Origin: a bacterium
GTDB lineage: Bacteria > Zhuqueibacterota > Zhuqueibacteria > Residuimicrobiales > Krinioviventaceae
Assembly (NCBI GenBank): GCA_963693055.1
Contig: OY843751.1
Coordinates: 2,368,001 to 2,432,000 of the forward strand
Reading direction: 5' to 3'
Length of the DNA stretch: 64,000 bases
Made by a program: the position numbers and the translations under genes. Below the pieces are notes generated by a model. It searched no databases and was not told the DNA's origin. It saw only the letters and a list, made by a program, of their open reading frames with translations. Positions within the stretch are counted from its first letter, which is position 1; the number at the start of each line of letters is the position of its first letter. Below are positions 27,324-35,749 of this stretch, one piece after another.

Positions 27324-28643
27324 ATGGATTTACCCAATTGTATTTCCAGTGAAATTTTAGATTCTATTGGTGAAGGTATATATACAATTGATAAAAAGTT
27401 CAAAATCAGCTTTATAAATAAAGCTGCAGAGGAAATACTTGGCGTTAGACGTGAAAAAGTAATAGGTAAATTTTGTAAACATGTCTTCAGTTCCGAAGAG
27501 TGTTTGGAAAAATGTCCCATTAGCAAGGTGTTAGATTCCGGTGAGAATGTTTATGATCATATTACAAAGTTTTATCATACCAATGGCATATCGAAAAATG
27601 TAAGGGTAAATGCTTCATTACTCCATAATTCAGATAATGAAATAGTGGGCGGGGTTGTATCATTTCGTGATCTTTCAAATGAAGAGAGTTCTGTATTAAA
27701 ATCCAAAACCATGCAGGATTTTTATGGCATTGTAGGACAATCAAAACCTATGATGGAATTATATGACCTTGTTACAGAAATTGGCAGCACATGCGCTACT
27801 GTATTGATTCAGGGTGAATCCGGAACGGGTAAAGAAATGTTTGCTAATGCAATACAGGCCTCCAGTCAGCGTAACAAAATGCCTTTTATTAAAGTCAACT
27901 GTTCGGTTTTTCCGCCGCAATTGCTTGCAAGTGAATTATTTGGACATGTCAAGGGTGCGTTTACTGATGCAATTCAAAACCGTAAAGGCCGTTTCGAGAT
28001 TGCAGACAAGGGCACATTGTTTTTGGATGAAGTTGCTGAAATGCCGTTGTCAATGCAATTACAGCTCTTACGTGTTCTGCATGAAGGAACCTTTGAAAGA
28101 GTGGGTGAATCTTTGACACGCTCTGTGGATGTAAGAGTGATTGCTGCTACAAACAAGGATTTGGATACCGCTATTAATGACGGATCATTTAGAGAAGATT
28201 TGTTTTACCGATTAAATGTGATTCCTATGCATATTCCTGCGCTTCGTGAAAGAAGAGCTGATATACCGCATCTAGTTAATTTTTTTGTGAAAAAGTTTTC
28301 ATCAACTTATCATAAAGAAATACAGGAAGTAGATGATGAAGCTATGGATTATCTAACCGCTTATAATTGGCCAGGTAATGTTCGTGAATTGGAAAATGCA
28401 ATAGAATATTCATTTATAAGAACTCATGATGATGATGTGATTTCCGCCAAAAAATTACCCGCAAATATCCGCCAGAAAAATGGCAAGTTTTTTACAACAG
28501 GGGATAGCAAGTTTTCTGAACGAGATGAAATTTTAGAAACCTTGAAAAGACATCATTGGAATAAAAGCAAAGCTGCAGATGAACTACGTATGGGCCGTAC
28601 CACTTTATGGCGTAAAATGAAAGCTATGGGCATTGAAACATAG
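27324..28643 (+). CDS. PAS-domain sigma-54-dependent transcriptional activator (bEBP)
   Basis: PAS; GESGTGKE, SELFGHVKGAFTDA, LFLDEV, FREDLFYRLNV, WPGNVRELEN; Fis-type HTH. Confidence 0.95.
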   Translation: MDLPNCISSEILDSIGEGIYTIDKKFKISFINKAAEEILGVRREKVIGKFCKHVFSSEECLEKCPISKVLDSGENVYDHITKFYHTNGISKNVRVNASLLHNSDNEIVGGVVSFRDLSNEESSVLKSKTMQDFYGIVGQSKPMMELYDLVTEIGSTCATVLIQGESGTGKEMFANAIQASSQRNKMPFIKVNCSVFPPQLLASELFGHVKGAFTDAIQNRKGRFEIADKGTLFLDEVAEMPLSMQLQLLRVLHEGTFERVGESLTRSVDVRVIAATNKDLDTAINDGSFREDLFYRLNVIPMHIPALRERRADIPHLVNFFVKKFSSTYHKEIQEVDDEAMDYLTAYNWPGNVRELENAIEYSFIRTHDDDVISAKKLPANIRQKNGKFFTTGDSKFSERDEILETLKRHHWNKSKAADELRMGRTTLWRKMKAMGIET

Positions 28644-28747
28644 TATGAAACAGTGAAACAATTTGTTCTGCATCGTAACTAACCTATTAATAATATTTTA
28701 AGTTTGATTTTTATATATTTATTTTTATATTGAAACGTTCTGTTTCA
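28634..28747. promoter_or_regulatory. enhancer array (TGAAAC half-sites and TGAAAC-N5-GTTTCA palindrome)
   Basis: TGAAAC at 28634, 28646, 28654 (with GTTCTG) and perfect TGAAAC-GTTCT-GTTTCA at 28731-28747. Confidence 0.6.
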
Positions 28748-28789
28748 TGAGTCTTCTTTGTAACCTCTTGTTTTTTATGGTCTTGTTTT

Positions 28790-28805
28790 TGGCAAGGTCT
28801 TTGCC
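28790..28805 (+). promoter_or_regulatory. sigma-54 promoter of TPR gene
   Basis: TGGCAA-GGTCT-TTGCC; IHF-like TAACCTCTTGTTT at 28761. Confidence 0.75.
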
Positions 28806-28833
28806 TGATTTACCCCAAAAAAATGGAATTGTC

Positions 28834-29286
28834 ATGTACGAAATGCTTGGTAATCAGTATTTTATGTCCCGTCAGTATAGCCGTGCTACAATGGCTTTAG
28901 AAAGGGCATTACAGTCTGATCCTGATAATATGGGGATTCAGCGCAAGCTGATTATTTGTTATTGTCAAATTGGTAAAGTTGATGATGCATTGCACATGTT
29001 TATATCGCTTATAAAATCAGATATTGACTTTATTATGTCTGCTGATCCTATATTAGATGATTGTCCTTGTCCTGATTTGATTTATAATATGGAAGCACAA
29101 ATATCAGATGAGCGCCAATCTTTGGATTTTAATTTGATAATTGGTATTTTGTGGTTGTTTTGTGATCTTGAACGTTCTTTTGAGTATTTTCATAAAGCAC
29201 AAGTTATGGATCCTAATAATACCAATATAAAATCTATAATGCTTTTTCTTTCAAATCGTTTAGAAAAAGAGAAAACCCGCCATTAA
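28834..29286 (+). CDS. TPR-repeat protein with DDCPCP motif
   Basis: LGNQYF...ALERALQSDPDN and FHKAQVMDPNN TPR helices; start moved from 28747 because the sigma-54 promoter lies inside the longer ORF. Confidence 0.75.
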   Translation: MYEMLGNQYFMSRQYSRATMALERALQSDPDNMGIQRKLIICYCQIGKVDDALHMFISLIKSDIDFIMSADPILDDCPCPDLIYNMEAQISDERQSLDFNLIIGILWLFCDLERSFEYFHKAQVMDPNNTNIKSIMLFLSNRLEKEKTRH

Positions 29287-29394
29287 ATATTTTTTCCTTT
29301 TAATATATCCCTAAATATCTACTTGCTATAGTATATTGCAAATACATTTGTTTTTTTTATTGGCCTTGTCATTATTTATATGTACTTTATTTAC

Positions 29395-29757
29395 ATGAAA
29401 AAAATTATGACATACACATTAATTTCTATTTATTTTAGTTTTTTCCCAATTTATCCCTATATTCATTTTCATTTGAATTGTGATGTTGATAAAGTATGTC
29501 ATCATGTTGATTTCAGTGAATGTGAACATTTTCATCATTCTGAACATCAGGAACATAAGCATTTCAAGGGTGACTGGCAGCATACCATAACCAAAGATGA
29601 TCCCGGTAAAATCCAGTCCATAAACCTTGTACATGAATACAGTTTTTACTATTCTGTAATTACCGGTGCAAGGTTACCCGAGTTCACCAATCATCTCAAA
29701 GATTCCATTCTTTACAGTCCCGATGTTTCACGGGCACCCCCTGCATTACTCGTATAA
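29395..29757 (+). CDS. His/Cys-rich leader protein with C-terminal RAPP motif (DUF2946/CruR-like)
   Basis: MKK plus hydrophobic N-terminus; HFHLNC...CHH...CEHFHHSEHQEHKH; ends SRAPPALLV. Confidence 0.7.
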   Translation: MKKIMTYTLISIYFSFFPIYPYIHFHLNCDVDKVCHHVDFSECEHFHHSEHQEHKHFKGDWQHTITKDDPGKIQSINLVHEYSFYYSVITGARLPEFTNHLKDSILYSPDVSRAPPALLV

Positions 29758-29824
29758 TTTACACCAGACAATTTCAAAATTTATTACATGAATTTCAATC
29801 TCTTTCATTAATGGAGAATTGTAT

Positions 29825-31045
29825 ATGAACCGCATTGCGAGTATTCTTCTCGTAGCAAGTGCATTGGTTCTGGCTGGGGATAATACTATTCAACTCTCGT
29901 ATACCGAGTTGGATACACTATTGTCAAACAGTCCTGTTTACCATTCACTTGACTATGAGTTTAGTGCCAAACGATATGATGTTAAACATCATTTAAACTG
30001 GCAAAATCCTGAATTTGAATTTGAACGGGACGCATTGAGCGAAAATGGTGATAAAGAAAACGAATCTGTTTTTCTGCTTGGTAAAGATTTTATGCTTCCT
30101 TGGGCTGGCTATTATCATCGTTCTGCAAAAAATGCTGAACTTGATGCAATTCAATTTTCGCAAAAAGATGGCTATTTGTTACAGTTGAACACCTTCAAGA
30201 GTTATTATATAACTCTTGCACTGTTGCAGCAAAAATCCAATCGATATATTGAATTGGACAGCTTGATGAACAAAGCATTGAATATTGCTCAGGAGCGATT
30301 TGAGCAAGGTACATTGTCCGGAATTGAAAACCGTCTTGTGCAGCTGAGCAAGTTTAATGTGCAACGAGATCGTTTTGTTTTACAACAGGAATATAAAGAG
30401 CTGCTTGCTCAATTTGCTATAAGTTTGGGATTTGGTGCTGATGATTCTCTGGATTTCTGTACGGATATTACTTTTTTACCTTTTAAATTAAAACCACTTG
30501 CAGCCTATGCGCAAGCTCTTAACAATCATCCTGTATTGGCATCTATAGCAGTTTCTCAAGATGCAAAAAAACAGCAGGTCCGTTTTGAAAAAATGGCACC
30601 CGTTTCTTCTGTGCATCTTTCAGGTGGCTATAAACAATTAAATGACACAATGGATGGGTATGTGGCCGGTATTTCAATTCCTCTTCCCATATTGAATCAG
30701 AATAAAACGGGTATTCAGAAAACAAAAGCCGAGTTGAATCAATTGCAAATTGATAATCAAATGATAACCCAAAAGTTAAATTTGCGCCTTGAGCAGCTTT
30801 ACTCAGCTCAGGAGGTTCAGCAAAAACATATGCAAACCTTTTCTGAATCATTTCATTCTGCATCACAAATTATTGATGATATTGTGTATACATTTTATCA
30901 AGGCTCTGCTGATTTTGGAGATATTCTGGATACATATCAGGTTTATACTGAGAGCATGAGCACCTATTATGATCAACTCTTGTTGTATTATAATTACCTG
31001 TTGGAACTGGAATACCTGACTCAAGAGAAAATTATTGAATTTTAG
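29825..31045 (+). CDS. TolC/CzcC family outer-membrane efflux protein
   Basis: GGAGA RBS; WQNPEFEF, AQERFEQG, GISIPLPILNQN; first structural gene of RND operon. Confidence 0.85.
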   Translation: MNRIASILLVASALVLAGDNTIQLSYTELDTLLSNSPVYHSLDYEFSAKRYDVKHHLNWQNPEFEFERDALSENGDKENESVFLLGKDFMLPWAGYYHRSAKNAELDAIQFSQKDGYLLQLNTFKSYYITLALLQQKSNRYIELDSLMNKALNIAQERFEQGTLSGIENRLVQLSKFNVQRDRFVLQQEYKELLAQFAISLGFGADDSLDFCTDITFLPFKLKPLAAYAQALNNHPVLASIAVSQDAKKQQVRFEKMAPVSSVHLSGGYKQLNDTMDGYVAGISIPLPILNQNKTGIQKTKAELNQLQIDNQMITQKLNLRLEQLYSAQEVQQKHMQTFSESFHSASQIIDDIVYTFYQGSADFGDILDTYQVYTESMSTYYDQLLLYYNYLLELEYLTQEKIIEF

Positions 31046-31054
31046 AGGGATATT

Positions 31055-32614
31055 ATGAAATATATAAAATTAACGAGTTTATTATTGGTTGCCTTGATCG
31101 CATGTAGTAAACCGGGTGTAGATGAACATGCAGGGCATGACCATGGTGAAGAAGCTGTTTCCTTAACAACCTGGACTGATGATTACGAGTTTTTTGCCGA
31201 GTTTTCACCTAATGAAGATCATTCTCAGAATGCGTTGATACATGTAACGCAATTAAAGGATTTCAAACCCCTTGTTGATGATCATATTGCGATCATTTTT
31301 GAATCTGAGAGTGATCAGGTACTTTTTGATCAAGAGCTTGAATTAGCCCGACCCGGTATATATAGCAGTGCTATTGAATTACCTGAAACGTCAGAACATT
31401 ATCACGTTGCTCTGAGAATAGGGAATGAGATGTTTGATTTAGGGCATGTAGCGTTTGATGAACATGAGCTTGAGGGACTCGCTGAATCAGAAAATGGTGA
31501 GCATGATCATGAACATGATGCGGAAGCGAATGAAAATAATCATAATACTGATATCAAGGGAGAAATTGTACCTTTTTTAAAAGAACAACAGTGGGTTGCT
31601 GATTTTAATGTTTATAAAAGTAAAGTTGGGGATGTTCGTTCCGTTGTATATGCTATTGGTCAAGTCATTCCGCATCAACAGGGCTTGTCAGAAATTGTTT
31701 CACCCGTTGAAGGTTATTTAAATGTCAACCACAATCAAAATATGGTTGTAGTGGGTGCGCGGGTTAAAAATGGCCAGATACTGGCTACACTATGTCCGCC
31801 AATTGGGCGTTCAAATACATGGACAGAACGATACCTTTCATTTCAACGAGCTGAAAAAAATTACCAACGCGCTCAGGAATTGAAAAAACGACAGGCTATA
31901 TCAAATACAGAATTTGAACAAATTGAACAAGACTATCTTGTTGAAAAAGCCGGATTTGAAACCCTTTTAAACGCATACAATATTACTCCGGATATGAACA
32001 ACAAGGAATGTATGCATTTTTATGTCAAAGCTCCTATTGATGGAATTGTTTCGGAAATGAATATTAAACCCGGACAGAATATAGGCGCAGGTGATCAAAT
32101 GATGACCCTGGTTGATCCTGATGTGGTTTGGATCCATGCGGATTTGTATGAAAAAGAATATTATAGATTGGGCAAGCCGGATGGAGCTACGCTTGAACTA
32201 CCTGGTAGGGATGAAAAACTCCATCTTGATAAAAATGAAATCAAAATGATTAATAAAGGTGAAATTGTTGAACAGGAAACACGCACTATACCCGTGCTGT
32301 TTCAACTCCAAAATAAAGATAGGGTGCTAAAAATCGGTCAAACATTACAGATGAACATATATTCTGCCAGTGATGATAAAGCTGTTATTGTACCTGTATC
32401 CGCTATTCTTGATGAAGATATTCAAAAATTTGTTTTTGTACAACATTCTGGAGAATCTTTTGAAAAGAGGCTGGTGAAAACGGGCCCAGTATATAAAGAC
32501 AATATTGCTATTCTTGAAGGATTGAATCCCAATGAACGTATTGTGACAAAAGGTACCTATTTGTTGAAACTGGCAACAGTTACAACAGCTGTAGGGCACG
32601 CTCACAGTCATTAA
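31055..32614 (+). CDS. CzcB/CusB-type RND membrane-fusion lipoprotein, His-rich
   Basis: Lipobox LIAC; HAGHDH, HDHEHD; VKAPIDG, ETRT, VPVSAI, GLNPNERIVTKG; C-terminal GHAHSH. Confidence 0.9.
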   Translation: MKYIKLTSLLLVALIACSKPGVDEHAGHDHGEEAVSLTTWTDDYEFFAEFSPNEDHSQNALIHVTQLKDFKPLVDDHIAIIFESESDQVLFDQELELARPGIYSSAIELPETSEHYHVALRIGNEMFDLGHVAFDEHELEGLAESENGEHDHEHDAEANENNHNTDIKGEIVPFLKEQQWVADFNVYKSKVGDVRSVVYAIGQVIPHQQGLSEIVSPVEGYLNVNHNQNMVVVGARVKNGQILATLCPPIGRSNTWTERYLSFQRAEKNYQRAQELKKRQAISNTEFEQIEQDYLVEKAGFETLLNAYNITPDMNNKECMHFYVKAPIDGIVSEMNIKPGQNIGAGDQMMTLVDPDVVWIHADLYEKEYYRLGKPDGATLELPGRDEKLHLDKNEIKMINKGEIVEQETRTIPVLFQLQNKDRVLKIGQTLQMNIYSASDDKAVIVPVSAILDEDIQKFVFVQHSGESFEKRLVKTGPVYKDNIAILEGLNPNERIVTKGTYLLKLATVTTAVGHAHSH

Positions 32615-32636
32615 TTATTCATTGAGGAGAATAAAT

Positions 32637-35600
32637 ATGTTAGATTTTATAATGCAAAATAGTCTGCGAAACCGGTTGATTGTGGTTCTGGCCGGTATTG
32701 CAGTTCTGGTGATGGGAATTCTCATTTCCGGCAAGCTGCCGGTTGATGTTTTTCCGGATTTAACCGCACCAACTGTTACAGTTATGACCGAAGCACATGG
32801 TATGGCCCCCGAAGAAGTAGAGATGCTGGTTACGTTTCCTATTGAAACTGCGGTGAATGGAGCAACAGGGGTAAGGCGGGTACGGTCCACTTCAATTCAG
32901 GGATTCTCTACGGTCTGGGTTGAATTCGAATGGGGCATGGATATTTATCGTGCTCGTCAAATCGTTAATGAAAAAATGCAGAATCTTCAAGGTGCATTAC
33001 CTGATGGTGTAGATTCACCTGTGCTGGCACCTATAACTTCGCTTATGGGCGAGATTATGACCGTTGGTTTGACCAGCGACTCGTTATCTCTGATGGAATT
33101 GCGCTCATTATCTGATTTTCAAATACGACGCAGATTGCTTGCTGTGCCCGGAGTTGCACAAGTCAAGGTCTATGGTGGCGAAGTCAAACAATATCAGGTC
33201 CTGGTAAATCCTAATATGTTACGCAAGTATGATCTTACTTTGCATCAGGTGCATGAAGCTGCACAAAATGCAAACTTGAATGCTGCGGGAGGATTTTATG
33301 TACAATCCGGTCAGGAATACCTTATCCGGGGTATGGGCCGTATCCACGATATTAAAGAGCTGGAACGTGCGGTGATCAGCACGCATAATAATATTCCGGT
33401 ATTGATGCGTGATATCGGTAGGATTGTTATTGGTCCTGCAACAAAGATTGGTGAAGCATCTATCAACGGTGACCATGGTGTGCTGATTGTAATCAGCAAG
33501 CAGCCGGACGCAAACACATTGAAACTGAATGAGCGATTGAATACGGTTATTGCCAACATTGCTGATACCCTGCCAAAAGGAACGAAATTGCATCCCAACC
33601 TCTTCACTCAGGCGGGATTCATTACCCGAGCAGTGGAAAATGTTATAGATGCCCTACGTGATGGCGCATTACTGGTTATCATTATTTTGGCTTTGTTTTT
33701 GGCAAATGTAAGAACAACAATAATTTCCACGCTTGCAATTCCTTTGTCACTCATGTTTTCGGTTCTGATATTGTATTTGGCAAATTTATCTATTAATACC
33801 ATGACCTTGGGAGGTATGGCCATAGCTATTGGTGTACTGGTGGATGATGCTATTATATATGTTGAAAATGTATTCCGGCGTTTGCGGCAAAATCGGGAAA
33901 AACCAGTCAATGAACAGCAAGACGAAGATCAAGTGATTTTAAAAGCATCATCAGAAGTGCGTGCACCTATTTCAATAGCTACATTTATTGTTATAATTGT
34001 ATTTTTACCTCTGTTCTTTTTGAGTGGAATTGAGGGACGTATGCTCATTCCACTGGGTATTGCGTACATTGTTTCTATTTTTGCATCGCTGATTGTTGCT
34101 ATTACTGTTACTCCGGCACTGAGTTCTTATCTGTTAAAGCGGAACAAGAGTTCAAAAAATCGAGAGAGCTGGATCGTTTTGTTTTTGCAGTCTCTGTACA
34201 AACCGGTTTTAAACTGGTGCCTGACTCACAAAAGATGGGTTGTGGGTCTTGCCAGTATATTTTTGTTGATATCATTGTCAATTCTTCCCTTTATTGGCCG
34301 GTCATTTTTACCGGAATTTAATGAAGGCACGCTTAATATCAGTCTGGCAACTTTACCGGGTACATCTCTGGACGAATCAGACAGGATTGGTCGGATTGCA
34401 GAGAATTTATTATTGGAACATCCATCTGTTGTTACGGTGAGTAGACGTACCGGACGAACGGAAATGGATGAGCACTCGTTAGGCTCGCATGCGCATGAAC
34501 TTGAAGTTGAGATTGATTTTAGCAATATAACACAAGACCAGTTGTTAAAAGACGTGAGAGAAAAATTGAGCTTGTTACCGGGTTGCGTATTTGTCATCGG
34601 CCAACCCATTGGCCACCGTATTGATCACATGTTATCCGGTACGCGCGCAAATATTGCAATCAAGATTTTTGGCTCAGATCTTTACAAGCTTCGACAGATC
34701 GGTCTCAAAGTTCAACAAGAGATTGCGGACATACCGGGAGTAACAGATCTGTCAATGGATCAGCAAATTGACATCCCGCAGTTACGTATTCGGGCCAATC
34801 GTGAGCGCATGGCATTGTATGGTGTAACCATGGGTGATGTGGATGAAATGATAGATACCGCTTTTCTGGGAACTGCGGTGTCGCAGGTATATGAAGGTCA
34901 AAATCAGTATGATCTTGTGGTTCGCTATGACGAGTCCTTTCGCAATAACATTGATGCAATTCGTAACAGCCTGATCGATACACCCATTGGTGCCAAAATT
35001 CCACTGGATATGATAATGGATATTCAAGTGGATCGTGGCCCCAATTACATCAGTCGCGAAAACGCCCAGCGCAAGATCGTCGTTCAAGCAAATGTGGCAG
35101 AAAGAGATATAGGCAGTGTTATCAGTGATATCCAATCAAGGATATCCAATACGGTAGATCTGCCGGTCGCCTATTATGTAGAGTATGGCGGACAGTTTGA
35201 GAGTGAACAGCAAGCCACACGTGTAATTTCTTTACTGAGCTTGTTATCACTGTTGCTTATCTTTTTGGCATTGTATCTGGAATTTAAAAATCTGAGAATA
35301 CCATTTCTCATCATGTCTACATTACCTTTTGCACTCATTGGTGGAATTATTGCCATTCGGGTTACGGGTGGGGTAATGACCATTGCATCTATTGTGGGAT
35401 TTATCACCCTGTTTGGAATTGCAATTCGTAACGGTATTATCATGGTTTCTCATTACATCCAGTTACGGGATGAGGGAGTAGCGCTATCCAAAGCCGTCAT
35501 TCAGGGTTCTCTGGACCGTCTGAGTCCGGTTCTCATGACTGCGCTTACTACAGGATTAGCATTGACTCCGCTTGCCTTTGCCGGTAACAAACCCGGTAAT

Positions 35601-35711
35601 GAGATACAGGCACCGTTGTCTATTGTAATATTGGGTGGATTGATCACGTCAACGTTGTTGACACTGTTGGTACTTCCCATTGTTTACAGTTGGATTAATA
35701 AAGAGAAATAG
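32637..35711 (+). CDS. czcA: CzcA/CusA family heavy-metal efflux RND permease
   Basis: PVDVFPDL, EEVEMLVTFPIE, MTLGGMAIAIGVLVDDAII, FLPEFNEG, GFITLFGIAIRNGI, RLSPVLMTA. Confidence 0.9.
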   Translation: MLDFIMQNSLRNRLIVVLAGIAVLVMGILISGKLPVDVFPDLTAPTVTVMTEAHGMAPEEVEMLVTFPIETAVNGATGVRRVRSTSIQGFSTVWVEFEWGMDIYRARQIVNEKMQNLQGALPDGVDSPVLAPITSLMGEIMTVGLTSDSLSLMELRSLSDFQIRRRLLAVPGVAQVKVYGGEVKQYQVLVNPNMLRKYDLTLHQVHEAAQNANLNAAGGFYVQSGQEYLIRGMGRIHDIKELERAVISTHNNIPVLMRDIGRIVIGPATKIGEASINGDHGVLIVISKQPDANTLKLNERLNTVIANIADTLPKGTKLHPNLFTQAGFITRAVENVIDALRDGALLVIIILALFLANVRTTIISTLAIPLSLMFSVLILYLANLSINTMTLGGMAIAIGVLVDDAIIYVENVFRRLRQNREKPVNEQQDEDQVILKASSEVRAPISIATFIVIIVFLPLFFLSGIEGRMLIPLGIAYIVSIFASLIVAITVTPALSSYLLKRNKSSKNRESWIVLFLQSLYKPVLNWCLTHKRWVVGLASIFLLISLSILPFIGRSFLPEFNEGTLNISLATLPGTSLDESDRIGRIAENLLLEHPSVVTVSRRTGRTEMDEHSLGSHAHELEVEIDFSNITQDQLLKDVREKLSLLPGCVFVIGQPIGHRIDHMLSGTRANIAIKIFGSDLYKLRQIGLKVQQEIADIPGVTDLSMDQQIDIPQLRIRANRERMALYGVTMGDVDEMIDTAFLGTAVSQVYEGQNQYDLVVRYDESFRNNIDAIRNSLIDTPIGAKIPLDMIMDIQVDRGPNYISRENAQRKIVVQANVAERDIGSVISDIQSRISNTVDLPVAYYVEYGGQFESEQQATRVISLLSLLSLLLIFLALYLEFKNLRIPFLIMSTLPFALIGGIIAIRVTGGVMTIASIVGFITLFGIAIRNGIIMVSHYIQLRDEGVALSKAVIQGSLDRLSPVLMTALTTGLALTPLAFAGNKPGNEIQAPLSIVILGGLITSTLLTLLVLPIVYSWINKEK

Positions 35712-35721
35712 ATTCCTTGTT

Positions 35722-35748
35722 AAGGCCGGATATCATTCCGGCCTTTTT
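35722..35748. terminator. terminator between convergent genes
   Basis: AAGGCCGGA-TATCAT-TCCGGCCTTTTT. Confidence 0.8.
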
Positions 35749-35749
35749 A

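Noticed and set aside
27945-27975. GAFTDA instead of GAFTGA in the bEBP
   Set aside because: A common natural variant; a sigma-54 promoter lies directly downstream, so no sign of lost function
28747-28833. Hydrophobic N-terminal extension of the TPR ORF
   Set aside because: Coincides with the enhancer, IHF-like site and sigma-54 promoter; ATG 28834 is more plausible
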